DNA of 64,000 nucleotides from Tubiluchus corallicola (GCA_030141605.1 JAQGDQ010000265.1:248001-312000), one strand, 5' to 3'; positions 8,835 through 20,325 are shown, counted from the stretch's first letter. Notes: a model not told the origin generated them from the letters alone. Program-made: numbers and translations.

Positions 8835-10448
8835 TCAAAATGGGAACTCGTCGTCTTCCAGATCTATTTTTGCTTTCTCTGTTTTTGGCTTTTGAGCATC
8901 AGCATGCACGTAGTTGCCGTCAACATATATCGCTTTTATGCCTGCATCCAGAGGGCATGCGTGTTCACAGGCACCGCAACCAACACAAGTTTCAGTCGTA
9001 ACTTCCGGAATAAATAGATCGCCATAAGGAACCATTGCAACAGCTTTTGTTGGACAGTGTTCAGAGCACGCTCCACAGTCAGTGCCGTCAGTTTCAACGA
9101 TACAGTTGTCTTTTACAAATTTAGCCTGTCCTACTTGCGTAATATGTTTTTGTTCCATTGTCAGCGGCTTTATTGCCCCTGTTGGGCACACGTCACCACA
9201 TACAGTGCAGTCAAAGCTACACAGTCCTGAGACAAAATCCATGTGAGGCTGCATAAACCCAATTAGTCCGTATTCACTAAAAGCAGGCTTCAGTACCTTT
9301 GTAGGACATGCACTGACGCACAGCGAGCATGCTGTACAAATATTATTAAATCGCTCTATTCCTCCTGAGCCGGGTGGAGATACAGGGTGATTCTTATTCT
9401 CAGGAAGCATTTGGTTATTTGCGGAGCTGTGGTTGTGCTTCCCACCTTTACCTCTTTTCCTATGCTGTGCCAGCGCTTTTTCCCCTCCACAAAGGGAGAC
9501 TATCCCTAATATCAAGAAAGCAATAAAGCTCCTTTTCTTTAAATCGGTAGTATCCACTTTCAGATCTGTTGTACTTAGTTCTGCACTTGTGCGTTTTTGC
9601 TTCATCCTATACAGCGCTCCACCCTCTTTGCATGCAGAAATACAGTTGAAGCATAAAACGCAACGACTATAGTCCACCTTTTTGTGTTTTAGGTTAATGC
9701 ACTCTGATTTGCAAGCACGCATACAGTTACCACATCGGGTACACAACTCTTTATCTAATTCAATTTTTAGTATAGAGAATTTGGATAAAAACCCCAGAGC
9801 TGTGCCTACTGGACATATCATATTGCAGTACAGTCTTCCGCGAGTGAAAGACATGAGTGCTACTGCCGTAAGTGATAAAAGGGTTATTGCCATTATTCCC
9901 CAATGGATTAGCTGCAAGTCATAGCGATATAAAACAGAGTATACTCCAGCTGAGATAAAAGCTTCTGCTCCAATATTGTTTAGCCAGATAACTACAGGTT
10001 TGAACAGGTATGATACAGTTCGGCCAAACAGGCTATACGGATCAAGAAGAGAAAGGAAAGTAATTCCTCCCATTACCGCTGCTAACACTGTTATGCCCAA
10101 AATGGAATAGCGTGTTGCTGTCCACGTCTTTCGATATTTATAGCGTACCTTTTTTACTCTTTTTGCTATTTGGGATATAATATCCTGTAATATTCCCAGG
10201 GGGCATATGGTTGAACAGTACACCCTCCCAAGCAGCAGAGTCAAAACCAGTATTACTATGAAACCTAGGTGCAGTATACCTAAAACAGAAATGCTTTTCA
10301 AAATAGAAGGCACAAATTGCAGATAAACGGCCCATTCATAGAACTGCTTGTCCAGTATACCCCTTAAGTCAATAAATAAAAATGTAATGGGTGCAAAAAA
10401 CAACAGGGCTAAGATAACCCTGAGTTTTTTAAGTAGCGATGGCTTCAT
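8835..10448 (-). CDS. Membrane 4Fe-4S binding (NapH/MauN-like + ferredoxin) protein
   Basis: GRVYCSTICPLG and GRLYCNMICPVG motifs, many CxxCxxCxxxC(P) clusters, TM helices. Confidence 0.9.
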   Translation of the reverse strand: MKPSLLKKLRVILALLFFAPITFLFIDLRGILDKQFYEWAVYLQFVPSILKSISVLGILHLGFIVILVLTLLLGRVYCSTICPLGILQDIISQIAKRVKKVRYKYRKTWTATRYSILGITVLAAVMGGITFLSLLDPYSLFGRTVSYLFKPVVIWLNNIGAEAFISAGVYSVLYRYDLQLIHWGIMAITLLSLTAVALMSFTRGRLYCNMICPVGTALGFLSKFSILKIELDKELCTRCGNCMRACKSECINLKHKKVDYSRCVLCFNCISACKEGGALYRMKQKRTSAELSTTDLKVDTTDLKKRSFIAFLILGIVSLCGGEKALAQHRKRGKGGKHNHSSANNQMLPENKNHPVSPPGSGGIERFNNICTACSLCVSACPTKVLKPAFSEYGLIGFMQPHMDFVSGLCSFDCTVCGDVCPTGAIKPLTMEQKHITQVGQAKFVKDNCIVETDGTDCGACSEHCPTKAVAMVPYGDLFIPEVTTETCVGCGACEHACPLDAGIKAIYVDGNYVHADAQKPKTEKAKIDLEDDEFPF

Positions 10449-10460
10449 GTTGAACGCAAT

Positions 10461-11375
10461 CTATATATTAATCCGATTGATTTTCAACTTATTCATATCC
10501 ATGGTTCCAAAGCCTTCGTCATTACCACTTTTAATGTGCCCCACCTCTTCCGGTTCCATACCGAAAAACTTCGCAGCAGCAGCATCTGCTGCAACGATAT
10601 CTGCAGATATTACCTGTGTTTTCATGTTTACAATATCATCAAGCGATACGCCCATTGGTCCATTTTGAGTCATAACATAATAGGCATCAATGATATTCAG
10701 GTCAGGTTTTCGCAGATTAAGAAAGTCTGTGATACACTGGTGTAAGTCATTTTTATGGTAGAAGCCACGATCCCATACACATCCCATAAGGTTTTTCATA
10801 GCTATAGTTAATTTAGTAGAGCTATGGTGTTTTAGTATGGGAATATTGATAAATACATCACTATCAAGTACCAATTCATGGACAGAGATCTCTTTGAGCC
10901 GCTTACCACTCTTTATTTCAACTTTTCGATACATCTTCTCATCATTGCCTGGCACAATCTTCCCTCCTGCTTTTTTAACAGCGCTTTCAATCCCGGAGTT
11001 TTTATAGCACTTCGTCCACTCATGGCATGTGTGGTCAAAAACAAGTACCTCTTTGGCTCCAGCCTGAAAGCAGTGCTCTGTAACCCTTTTTACCAGTAAA
11101 GGGTGAGTATTGCCTCCCCTTTCAGGGATTCTGTCCCATCCAATATTGGGCTTAAGTAGTACTTTATCTCCTTTTTTTACAAATTTCTCCATGCCCCCAA
11201 GCGAAGCGATTCCTTTATCAAACATCACATCCGGCTCACCACCGCGAACAGCCACTAGGTCGTAGTTGCTATCAGCGCTTTTAGCAAAGATATTTTTCGC
11301 TCCTCCAAATGTTAGGGCTGTACTTGTTGCCACTCCTGCTCCTACACTTGTTCTAATAAAGTTTCTCCTTTTCAT
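10461..11375 (-). CDS. DUF362 domain protein, Tat-exported
   Basis: MKRRNFI twin-arginine signal; VLLKPNIGWD, NTHP, INIPILKHH..TKLTIAMKNLMG. Confidence 0.9.
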   Translation of the reverse strand: MKRRNFIRTSVGAGVATSTALTFGGAKNIFAKSADSNYDLVAVRGGEPDVMFDKGIASLGGMEKFVKKGDKVLLKPNIGWDRIPERGGNTHPLLVKRVTEHCFQAGAKEVLVFDHTCHEWTKCYKNSGIESAVKKAGGKIVPGNDEKMYRKVEIKSGKRLKEISVHELVLDSDVFINIPILKHHSSTKLTIAMKNLMGCVWDRGFYHKNDLHQCITDFLNLRKPDLNIIDAYYVMTQNGPMGVSLDDIVNMKTQVISADIVAADAAAAKFFGMEPEEVGHIKSGNDEGFGTMDMNKLKINRINI

Positions 11376-11945
11376 CTGTTTATAATTTAATTTTCTATTG
11401 TCAAAGTAATCATTTATTTGTGTGTGTCCAAAAGCGGTTAGCTTCAGAAGTACAAATTGGTAGCAGAGCTTTTGTGAGTAATTATATTTTTATTTCCCCT
11501 ATTTAAATTGTTGCGGGCGTCCTCACTATTAGTTGTTTAAGCATTAGGAAGTCCGCGCCTTCTGAAGTTGAAGCTGCATTTACCACTGTACAGCATATCA
11601 CAAATATAATTCTAAAATGAGAGTTTTCCAAAATAGAGAGAAAGCTGCTAGAGTGCCTGAGTATACTTTTAATAAAAAGGGAAACAGGCTGTTCAAAGGG
11701 GTGGTTTTTTGCAGGGTGCAAAATATTGATTCAGGCTGGTGAAAAGCTTGATAATAAATGTTTGTTTGCAGGTAAAAATGAAAATTTTGATAGGAATGTT
11801 AATTAAAAGGATGAGTTTTGCAAAGACTTCAAGCTGTATTAATTGTGTTCAAGTTTTAAATAGCTATTTTTATGGTCGAGGAAGGTTGTCAGCAAATTGA
11901 TAGCAGGCGACTAGGTATTTATTATTTATAACAATATTTAAATTA

Positions 11946-13421
11946 ATGAAAAAGACAGCTTTATTATTATTACTAGGTTTTTACACGGTAAATATTTTTT
12001 CTCAGGCCATATACGAGGATGAGCGTTATGTGCCGGAGACTGACCCTCTGGTGGTTGAAAAACTGAAAGATTGGCAAGATATTAAGTTTGGACTTTTAAT
12101 GCATTGGGGAACATATAGCCAATGGGGCATTGTGGAGTCCTGGTCGTTGTGTCCTGAGGATTATGGTTGGTGCAAGCGAAGAAAAGGGGAAAATCCCGAC
12201 AACTATTTTGCGTATAAGAGGGAGTATGAGGATTTACGAAAAACTTTTAATCCGGTTCATTTTGATCCTAATAAGTGGGCTGATGCTGCTAAGAATGCAG
12301 GTATGAAGTATGTTGTTTTTACAACCAAGCATCATGATGGGTTTTGTATGTTTGACAGCAAGTACACTGATTATAAAGTGACATCGAACGACTGCCCCTT
12401 TCATAAGAATGAAAAAGCCAATATAGCAAAAGAGGTGTTTGATGCTTTCAGGGCGGAGGGGCTATGGACAGGGGTCTATTTTTCCAAGCCGGACTGGAAT
12501 CATCCATCGTATTGGGATCCATACTTCCCCCCTCTGGACAGAAATGTGAACTATGATCCTGATGAGTATCCTGATAAGTGGGAAGCGTTTGTTCAGTTTA
12601 CGCATAATCAGATAGATGAGTTAATGACCGATTATGGGGATATGGATATTTTGTGGTTGGATGGTGGATGGGTAGCAAAGGTGCCAGAAGAGAGGCTTCA
12701 TAGGCATTATGAAGAGGCTAAAGAAAGTAAGAGTGGTTTTATAAAGAGGCGGAGAGTAAACCAGGATATTCGTATGGATGAGCTGGTGGAAAAGATCAGG
12801 GTAAAGCAGCCTGGCCTTATAGTAGTTGACCGCGCGGTATATGGTAAGAATCAGAATTACCTTACACCCGAAAACAGAGTTCCTGAGAAGACGCTTCCTT
12901 ATCCGTGGGAGTCATGCATTATTTCAGGTGGTGGCTGGTCTTTTAACCCCAATGCTAAATATATGAGTGGCAGGCAGGGTGTTCACACTCTGGTGGATAT
13001 TGTTGCTAAAGGGGGTAACCTTCTGTTGAATGTTGCACCGAGTCCGGAAGGTAAATGGCAGGAAGGAGCTTATAAGCTGCTTGAAGAGTATGGAGAATGG
13101 ATGGCAGTAAATAGTGAAGCCATTTACAATACTCAGCCGATTTATCCATTTAAGGAGAATAATATTTGCATGACCCAAAGACCAGATGGTAGCGTTTATT
13201 TTATTTATATGGCTGAAGAGGGGGAGAGGATGCCAACTGAAATTAGTATTCAGTCATTAAAGCCTGCGAGGGGTGCAAAGATAAAAATGCTTGGTAGTAG
13301 TAAAAAACTTAAATGGAATAGGAAGGGAGATAGTTTTGTTGTGTCTATACCACATGAGCTACAAAATAATCCTCCATGTAACTATGCCTGGGTATTAAAG
13401 GTTTCTAAGGTTGCTCAATAG
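11946..13421 (+). CDS. Alpha-L-fucosidase (GH29)
   Basis: KFGLLMHWG, FTTKHHDGF, ILWLDGGW, GGNLLLNVAP; signal peptide. Confidence 0.93.
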   Translation: MKKTALLLLLGFYTVNIFSQAIYEDERYVPETDPLVVEKLKDWQDIKFGLLMHWGTYSQWGIVESWSLCPEDYGWCKRRKGENPDNYFAYKREYEDLRKTFNPVHFDPNKWADAAKNAGMKYVVFTTKHHDGFCMFDSKYTDYKVTSNDCPFHKNEKANIAKEVFDAFRAEGLWTGVYFSKPDWNHPSYWDPYFPPLDRNVNYDPDEYPDKWEAFVQFTHNQIDELMTDYGDMDILWLDGGWVAKVPEERLHRHYEEAKESKSGFIKRRRVNQDIRMDELVEKIRVKQPGLIVVDRAVYGKNQNYLTPENRVPEKTLPYPWESCIISGGGWSFNPNAKYMSGRQGVHTLVDIVAKGGNLLLNVAPSPEGKWQEGAYKLLEEYGEWMAVNSEAIYNTQPIYPFKENNICMTQRPDGSVYFIYMAEEGERMPTEISIQSLKPARGAKIKMLGSSKKLKWNRKGDSFVVSIPHELQNNPPCNYAWVLKVSKVAQ

Positions 13422-13443
13422 TTGAGGTTTTGAAAAGCAAGTG

Positions 13444-13496
13444 GCAATAGCGGGCTTTAAGTACACTCTTTGAGCAAGTATAAAGCCCGCCATTGC
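13444..13496. terminator. Long hairpin between convergent GH29 genes (probable terminator)
   Basis: GCAATAGCGGGCTTTA ... TAAAGCCCGCCATTGC, 15/16 inverted match. Confidence 0.55.
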
Positions 13497-13761
13497 TTCT
13501 TTGTCTGTGTAATACAAAGAAGCAGGGGAGCGCAATAAGTTTAAAAAGGCCTTATAACAGGCGTTCTCTTTATGCGTGTGAAGAGAGGTGTCTTTGTGCA
13601 GAACGGATGGTTTAAGCCTGTCGCAATAGATTATCTAATTTAGTGTCAATCCAAAGTAGGAGACACCCGTATTATTTTATTTCCCGGCTAAAGTGGGTTT
13701 TCTTTCAAACTTTCCCTTAATAATCTGATAAGCCCTTTTGTCACGCGAAGGCTTCGTCCCT

Positions 13762-14859
13762 TTATTTAATTCTTTTGCCTGCTTCTTTTAGTGCTTTTAT
13801 GTCCTCTTCAGGGAAAGAGCCGTCAGCTTTTGGCCCGACATTTAGAAGTAGGTTTGCATTTATTTTTCTAGCATTTTCTAGCATTTTAATTATATCATCG
13901 GCCGTTTTATGATTCCCATCGTGTTTTTTACTGTACCCCCACGCGTGAGGTTGTAATGTGTTGCATATTTCGCGTGGTTTACCCTCATTTTTTTTGTATA
14001 CTGTTTTTGCTATTTCAAATTGCTGTCCAACCTTTGCATTCCCACCTCTTTCTGGTGCCATAAAATCTTCATCACCATTTGCTCCTTGTTTAAAAGATAT
14101 CAAAGCGTGAGGGGACATGCTTCGTATCAGAGCATAGGTCGAGTCAATAGGGAATAGGCTGGGACGTGCATAGTAGCCCATGATAGGGTCAAACCATATT
14201 CCTGCAATGTCGGGGTATTGGTTTAGCAGCTCTTTTAGTTGTTGATGAACAAAGTCAATATAGATTTCAAAGTCTTCATCTTTTTTGAATTTATACTCGG
14301 GTTGGGGCTCAGTGTATGCAGGCCTTCCACTAGCCCAGCCCTTTTCTCTTGAATAAAAGTAGGGGTGCTTCCAGTCAGCTCCATAAGAGTAGTACAAAAA
14401 TAGTCCAAGCCCTTTTCGTCTACAGGCATCGTAAAGCTCTTTTATTAGATCTCTCTTTGCGGGGGAGTTTAACACATTGAAATCGGTTGCTTTTGTATCA
14501 AACAGGCAGAAGCCATCATGGTGTTTTGTAGTGATTGTTATATACTTCATCCCGGCATCAATTGCGATATCTGTTATTTTATCGGCATTGAAGTTTTCAG
14601 CAGTAAATCTGTCTTTTAGTTTTGCATATTCCGCCACAGGAATAGTGTCTCTTAATTGAACCCATTCTCCTTTTTCTAAAATACTGTATAGGCCATAGTG
14701 GATGAACAGCCCATATTGCGCATCTTTAAACCATTGCAGGTTTGCAGCTTTTGGGTTCTCCCTGTACTCTTTTTTATAGTTCTGCAAATAGGATGGTACT
14801 TTTTTTGAACATCCGGCTAGTAATAAGAGTATAACAGGTATTAGAATAAGTTTTTTCAT
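13762..14859 (-). CDS. Alpha-L-fucosidase (GH29), lipoprotein
   Basis: Lipobox LLAGC; YGLFIHYG, TTKHHDGF, GIWFD, NLLLNVGP. Start chosen at MKKLIL (ORF extends to 14886). Confidence 0.92.
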   Translation of the reverse strand: MKKLILIPVILLLLAGCSKKVPSYLQNYKKEYRENPKAANLQWFKDAQYGLFIHYGLYSILEKGEWVQLRDTIPVAEYAKLKDRFTAENFNADKITDIAIDAGMKYITITTKHHDGFCLFDTKATDFNVLNSPAKRDLIKELYDACRRKGLGLFLYYSYGADWKHPYFYSREKGWASGRPAYTEPQPEYKFKKDEDFEIYIDFVHQQLKELLNQYPDIAGIWFDPIMGYYARPSLFPIDSTYALIRSMSPHALISFKQGANGDEDFMAPERGGNAKVGQQFEIAKTVYKKNEGKPREICNTLQPHAWGYSKKHDGNHKTADDIIKMLENARKINANLLLNVGPKADGSFPEEDIKALKEAGKRIK

Positions 14860-15110
14860 TATGTTTATATGTTTTATAAATATCATCGTTTGTTTGCTAT
14901 TTTGTAAAGTATAAGATTTAAAAGATATTCAATAATATAAAAAAATCATGCAATTTATTTTAAATTTGAAAATGGTTAAATTAAATGTAGTTTCGTCAAA
15001 TATATTAAATGTATTTCTGGAAAGCAATAAGAAATGAAGGTGAGTTTTTGGAAAAATACTTAAATCTGCCGGAATGAAGATAGAGGATAAAATTATTAAA
15101 TAGACTATAT

Positions 15111-16580
15111 ATGTTAAAAATTATGTTTAGTGGCTACCTGTTTTTTGCCGCACTTTTATTAGTGCCAACTTCAGTTATATCTATGTCATCCTCACAGTCT
15201 AAAAAAGAGAGAGAGCAACCGAATATTATATTTTTGTTTGCAGATGACCAGGCATATAATACGATTCATGTTTTAGGTAACCGTGAAGTGATAACGCCTA
15301 ATCTAGATAAGCTGGTTGAAAGCGGAGTAACTTTTACCCATGCTTATAATATGGGAGGGTGGAGTGGTGCGATTTGTGTAGCTTCACGAACAATGCTTAA
15401 TACAGGGCGCACTATTTGGAATGCACGCAAGATAGAAAAGCATTTGTCCCAAAGAGATTCGGTTTATATGTCACAGATGTGGGGGAACGTTATGGCTAAT
15501 GCCGGTTATGATACTTATATGGCAGGTAAGTGGCATATAAGAGCTAAGGTAGAAGACTGTTTTGAGTATATGGGCACCAAGCGGTCGGGAGGTATGCCTA
15601 ATCAGACTCCTGAGGGATATAATAGGCCGCTTCATGAAAACGATACAATCTGGCAACCGTGGCATAGGCAATATGGGGGATTCTGGAAAGGTGGTAAGCA
15701 CTGGAGTGAAGTATTGGGAGACGAGGCGGTTGACTTTATTAGTACGTGTAGGGAGCGTAAGAATCCATTTTTTATGTATGTGGCCTTTAATGCTCCCCAT
15801 GATCCGCGCCAGTCACCCAAGAGTTGTGTTGACATGTATCCTCTCGAAAATATTGAGGTGCCTAAAACATTCCTTCCTGAGTACCCTGATAAGGATGCGA
15901 TAGGGTGTGATAGGGAGTTGCGTGATGAGAAGCTGGCTCCTTTTCCCAGGACTGAGCACGCCGTTAAAGTTAACCGTCAAGAGTATTATGCGATCATTAC
16001 GCATATGGACAGGCAGATCGGGCGTATTATGGAAGCGTTAGAGAGTTCGGGACAAAAGGATAATACTTACATTTTTTATAGCGCAGATCACGGCTTGGCG
16101 TGTGGAGAGCATGGCTTAATGGGCAAGCAAAGTATGTACGATCACAGCATGAGATCTCCATTGATTGTGATTGGGCCAGATTTACCTAAAAATAGGCGAA
16201 TTGATTTGGATGTTTATATTCAGGATATTATGCCATCGACAATAGAGCTAGCAGGCTTTGAAAAACCTTATTATGTGGAGTTTAATAGTTTGCTGCCTCT
16301 TGCAAAAGGGGTGCAAACCCGAAGCTCGTATAAGTCAATCTATGGAGCATATATGGACAAGCAGAGAATGATCAGAGCTGAAGGCTATAAGTTGATCGTG
16401 TATCCACAAATAGCAAAAATGAAGTTGTTTGATCTTACTAATGATCCTTTAGAGATGAATAACCTGATCGGTAATGAAGAGTATTCAGCAAAAGCAAAAG
16501 AGCTGTTTGCCCGATTATTGATAAAACAGGATGAGATGGGAGATGGCCTGGACTTAAAAGGTATTTTTAAGGAGGATTAG
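15111..16580 (+). CDS. Formylglycine-dependent sulfatase (S1 family)
   Basis: PNIIFLFADD, C-V-A-S-R..L.TGR signature, GKWH, APHDP, SADHG. Confidence 0.93.
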   Translation: MLKIMFSGYLFFAALLLVPTSVISMSSSQSKKEREQPNIIFLFADDQAYNTIHVLGNREVITPNLDKLVESGVTFTHAYNMGGWSGAICVASRTMLNTGRTIWNARKIEKHLSQRDSVYMSQMWGNVMANAGYDTYMAGKWHIRAKVEDCFEYMGTKRSGGMPNQTPEGYNRPLHENDTIWQPWHRQYGGFWKGGKHWSEVLGDEAVDFISTCRERKNPFFMYVAFNAPHDPRQSPKSCVDMYPLENIEVPKTFLPEYPDKDAIGCDRELRDEKLAPFPRTEHAVKVNRQEYYAIITHMDRQIGRIMEALESSGQKDNTYIFYSADHGLACGEHGLMGKQSMYDHSMRSPLIVIGPDLPKNRRIDLDVYIQDIMPSTIELAGFEKPYYVEFNSLLPLAKGVQTRSSYKSIYGAYMDKQRMIRAEGYKLIVYPQIAKMKLFDLTNDPLEMNNLIGNEEYSAKAKELFARLLIKQDEMGDGLDLKGIFKED

Positions 16581-16754
16581 AACATACCTATAAAGCTACT
16601 ATTTTCATAGTCTCAGACAATTATTGTTTTTGTAATTCATCTTGAAAGCTTATCTAGCTGTTCGGTATTGTCCCGTCTGCTTTGAAGCTTTATCCCTGAG
16701 TTACCCCTGTATATAGAATAAAAGAGTAGTAAGTGTAATAGCACAAAAACTATA

Positions 16755-17864
16755 TTATTCGAATAGTAGTTCTACTTTAAGGTTTTCTGTTCCTCCGATA
16801 AACATATTTTCAACAATAAAGGGGACTCTCTTTCCGGCTTTTTGAGAAATCTGAGTTTCTGAATTTGCGGGAATTACTATTTTATTACTATTCTTTGTTG
16901 ACAGTGTGAATTTTATGTCAGAGTTATTTTTAACGGAGTAAACGGCCTCTTCCCTTCTCGCTGACCTACTGGTGACTTTACCTTCTCCTACCACCACACA
17001 AGCTTCAAAAATAGCTTTTAAGAATTCCTCTTTACCGATGAGAGTGTTGGTGAAGAATGCAACCGTTCTTTGATCAAACATTGCCTCTTTTATAGCCTCT
17101 TCTGAGCGGTCTTTTGCAAATACTAGGGTCATGGGGCGATGGTATTTATCCAGGTTATACATTTTTGACACCACACCGTGAATATCTGAGTTCCCTGTTA
17201 CAGCAAGATTTTTTTCTATACACCAGTCCAGAGCTATAGGGTACCATTCTACTTCATTGAAGACTTCGATCCCATGTATCAACCCTTTTTCGTACAGTTC
17301 CTGGTGTATATTCCACCACATTGTAGTGTCGGGTTGTTGTGCTTTCCATCCCGGGTGGTTCCACTTAATAAAAGCACCCTGTCTGGCGGCCTCTTTAAAA
17401 GCGTCCATGTAGTCTTCAGTATTTAGAGGGTTTACATCATTCACAAACAGGGCATTAAAGTGCCCGGGAGGCATGCCTCGTGAAATTTCACCGCCACGCA
17501 CAAGAATGATATTCTTTTCCAAAGCTCTGCCCAAAGCAATATCGTATGGGGAGTTATGGTCTCCTCCTACAAATCTTTTGGAAGGGTTGTTTTCAATATG
17601 ATCTGTTATAGAGATTGCATCCAGCCCCTCTTCCCATGCTTCATCAACTCTGAACGTGGGCCATACTGAGCCGTCGGAAAAGACCGTGTGCATATGAAAA
17701 TCACATTTAAGCGTTTTATATCCAAGAATGTCCGGTACTCGTATCTCTTTTCTTCCTGTAGCTGGTCGCCTCAGCTCTTCAGACAGGCGTATATTGTTCA
17801 TGTCCTGAGCAAAAGAGGAGACTACAAAAAGAGTGGTAATGGCAATAACAGTAATACGTTTCAT
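16755..17864 (-). CDS. PHP-domain phosphoesterase (Sb-PDE-like)
   Basis: LKCDFHMHTVFSDG, AISITDH, PPGHFNA, WNHPGW, GNSDIH; signal peptide. Confidence 0.88.
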   Translation of the reverse strand: MKRITVIAITTLFVVSSFAQDMNNIRLSEELRRPATGRKEIRVPDILGYKTLKCDFHMHTVFSDGSVWPTFRVDEAWEEGLDAISITDHIENNPSKRFVGGDHNSPYDIALGRALEKNIILVRGGEISRGMPPGHFNALFVNDVNPLNTEDYMDAFKEAARQGAFIKWNHPGWKAQQPDTTMWWNIHQELYEKGLIHGIEVFNEVEWYPIALDWCIEKNLAVTGNSDIHGVVSKMYNLDKYHRPMTLVFAKDRSEEAIKEAMFDQRTVAFFTNTLIGKEEFLKAIFEACVVVGEGKVTSRSARREEAVYSVKNNSDIKFTLSTKNSNKIVIPANSETQISQKAGKRVPFIVENMFIGGTENLKVELLFE

Positions 17865-18044
17865 GATTTGTCGCGGTTTTATTGTTTTAAAATATTTTTT
17901 TGGTTATTAAATTATCAGTTTGTATTTGGGGTATATTAAATTGTTTGGGCTGTATGGGAAATACCCATCCCCTCATTTTATATAGGTTGGATAGATGTGC
18001 AGCCATTAGTCTATTATTTATTATTATAAAGCTTCTTCACGCTT

Positions 18045-18257
18045 TTAATTGTATGGGTTCTTCGGGATTATAATCCACATTACCAGATATGCAATTGTGG
18101 CGGGGATAAGAAAGCTGAATACTGCCGCAATAGCAAATATAAGCCTGAAAATAGTTACATCTGCATTGAAGTACTCTGCAAGTCCTCCACATACACCACC
18201 AAGCTTAATCATGGTAGCTGAGCGACGAAGTTTTTTAGGTTCATTTTTTTGCTCCAT
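18045..18257 (-). CDS. PspC domain protein
   Basis: KKLRRS...KLGGVCGGLAEYF..D...RL, AYLVMWIIIP. Confidence 0.9.
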   Translation of the reverse strand: MEQKNEPKKLRRSATMIKLGGVCGGLAEYFNADVTIFRLIFAIAAVFSFLIPATIAYLVMWIIIPKNPYN

Positions 18258-18586
18258 TTATTTGGTTGTAGTTTATATATAGGGTTTCTGGTTGAATCTA
18301 AAGTGTTGACATGTTTTACAGGTTGTAGAGTGTTAATATTTTCTACATAGTTTTTGTTAAAAAGAGTTCTGTTCTGTTCTGACTTTCATCCGGTGTTTTA
18401 GCAGTTCCTAGTTACATACATGATAGCTAAGATGCACGTCAAAGCTATAAATTTTTTGAAGTTAAACAATATTAGCCGGTTGCAATTTTTGGCTGTTATA
18501 GCAAAAATCTTACGCTGATATAATGTTTGATGATTAGATGTGACTTGTTTAGTTTTCGTCTGTGTGGAAGCCCCTTGCAGGGAGCA

Positions 18587-19120
18587 TCAGTTCATAGTTA
18601 GCTTGCGAACTATTTCCCAAAGTGTAATTCCGACACAAACAGATACATTGAGAGAGTGTTTTGTGCCATACTGGGGTATTTCAATAGCTTTGTCACACAT
18701 GTCAATGATCTTTTGCTGAACCCCTTTTACTTCATTCCCAAAGATCAACGCCGATTTTTGTCCTTTTTTTGGGGTATATTCAGGTAGCGAGATGCTACCC
18801 TCTACCTGCTCTACAGCTATAATGGTGTACTCTTCTTCTTTTAGCTTTTTCACGGCGTCTTCTGTGAATTCAAAATATTCCCATGGGACAGAATCTTCTG
18901 CACCCAGTGCGGTTTTATGTATCTCTTTATTTGGGGGGGTAGCTGTAATGCCACAAAGGATAATTTTTTGTACCGATAAGGCGTCGGATGTTCTAAAGAT
19001 AGAGCCTGTATTGTTGCCACTGCGAATATTGTCGATGATGATAGTAACCGGGAGTCTTTCCGCACTTTTAAACTCTTCAGTGCTCATTCTTTTTAGTTCA
19101 TCGTTTCGTAGTTTCCTCAT
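18587..19120 (-). CDS. SpoU/TrmH family RNA methyltransferase
   Basis: DNIRSGNNTGSIFRT, FGNEVKGV, IEIPQYGTKHSLNVSV; start MRKLRNDEL. Confidence 0.92.
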   Translation of the reverse strand: MRKLRNDELKRMSTEEFKSAERLPVTIIIDNIRSGNNTGSIFRTSDALSVQKIILCGITATPPNKEIHKTALGAEDSVPWEYFEFTEDAVKKLKEEEYTIIAVEQVEGSISLPEYTPKKGQKSALIFGNEVKGVQQKIIDMCDKAIEIPQYGTKHSLNVSVCVGITLWEIVRKLTMN

Positions 19121-19350
19121 ATACTGTGTGCCTGTAGATTCAGGGTGATTATGCAACAGGCATGTCTGCTACTTTCCCCCGTCATAATAATAGTGAAGTT
19201 CTTATCTGCTTTTACCTGTTTTTTTGTCGAGAGCTATCTCAATGTCCTAATTTTACATCGCTTTTCTTAACCTTGGCCAAAGTCCTTAGAGTTGTAGTGG
19301 GCTTTGATATATAATATGTTGTTTGCGTTCGAGTTGTTGCCTATCATATT

Positions 19351-20325
19351 TTACTTTTTTCTGGATGTAATATAGTTGACATATTCTATAAGCGCTGTTT
19401 TATATTTTGATTCGGGATATGTGTCAAGAAGTTTTATTGCTTTATTCCTGTATAGCAGCATCATGCTTTTGGCATATTCCATTCCCCCTTTTTTCCTTAC
19501 AAATTTGATGATTTTATCAATATCTTCAGATGATTTGTCATGCTTTTTCAGAGTTTTTAATATGCTACTTTTCTCCTTTTTTTTCGATACGGAAAGTGCG
19601 TATATAAAAGGTAGTGTCATTTTTCTTTCACGAATATCGTTACCTGCTGGTTTTCCTGTAAGTTTATTCTTTTCAAAGTCGAAGAGGTCATCTTTAATTT
19701 GATATGCGATTCCGGCATGTTCGCCAAATTTGCGCATTAGCGATATTTTTTTCTCATCATTGGTTACAGAGCATGTTCCCACGGCAGCACTTGTTGACAG
19801 CAATGATGCAGTTTTTTTCTTTATTATTTCAAAATATGTCTCCTCTGTCACATTGAATTTTCGATTTTTTTCGATCTGGAGAATCTCTCCCTCACTCATG
19901 TCTTTTACAGCTACAGATATATGCTTAAGAAGGTCATAGTTGTCATGGTCAAGTGACCATAGCAATCCTTTTGCAAGAATATAGTCTCCCACAAGTACAG
20001 CTAGTTTATTTTTCCATATAGCATTAATTGAAAAGAAACCTCTGCGCTGATGCGCCTCATCTACTACGTCATCATGTAGTAATGTAGCTGTATGTAAAAG
20101 TTCAATTGTAATAGCTGCGTGGTAAGCTTTTTCATTAAATTCTCCATTCAGTTTAGCTGAAAGAAACACTAAGATAGGGCGCATCTGTTTACCCTTTCTC
20201 CTCAGTATATAGTTGATTATGATGTCAAGAATGGGGATTTTCGTTTTTGTAGCGCGCCGATAATATGGCTCAAACCCTTTTAGCTCCGATTTTATTGGTG
20301 ATTTAATATCTTGCTTTGATGCCAT
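19351..20325 (-). CDS. ispB: Polyprenyl (octaprenyl-type) diphosphate synthase
   Basis: GKQMRP, ELLHTATLLHDDVVD..RRG, YQIKDD, GKPAGNDIRE. Confidence 0.9.
   Translation of the reverse strand: MASKQDIKSPIKSELKGFEPYYRRATKTKIPILDIIINYILRRKGKQMRPILVFLSAKLNGEFNEKAYHAAITIELLHTATLLHDDVVDEAHQRRGFFSINAIWKNKLAVLVGDYILAKGLLWSLDHDNYDLLKHISVAVKDMSEGEILQIEKNRKFNVTEETYFEIIKKKTASLLSTSAAVGTCSVTNDEKKISLMRKFGEHAGIAYQIKDDLFDFEKNKLTGKPAGNDIRERKMTLPFIYALSVSKKKEKSSILKTLKKHDKSSEDIDKIIKFVRKKGGMEYAKSMMLLYRNKAIKLLDTYPESKYKTALIEYVNYITSRKK

Noticed and set aside
11440-11720. Inverted repeats and a 72-aa ORF in the DUF362/GH29 intergenic region as a possible ncRNA or small gene
   Set aside because: Short imperfect pairings only; no known RNA-family signature.
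13560-13670. GTGTCAATCCAAAGTAGGAGACACC looks like an IS terminal sequence
   Set aside because: No partner IR or convincing transposase remnant could be identified.
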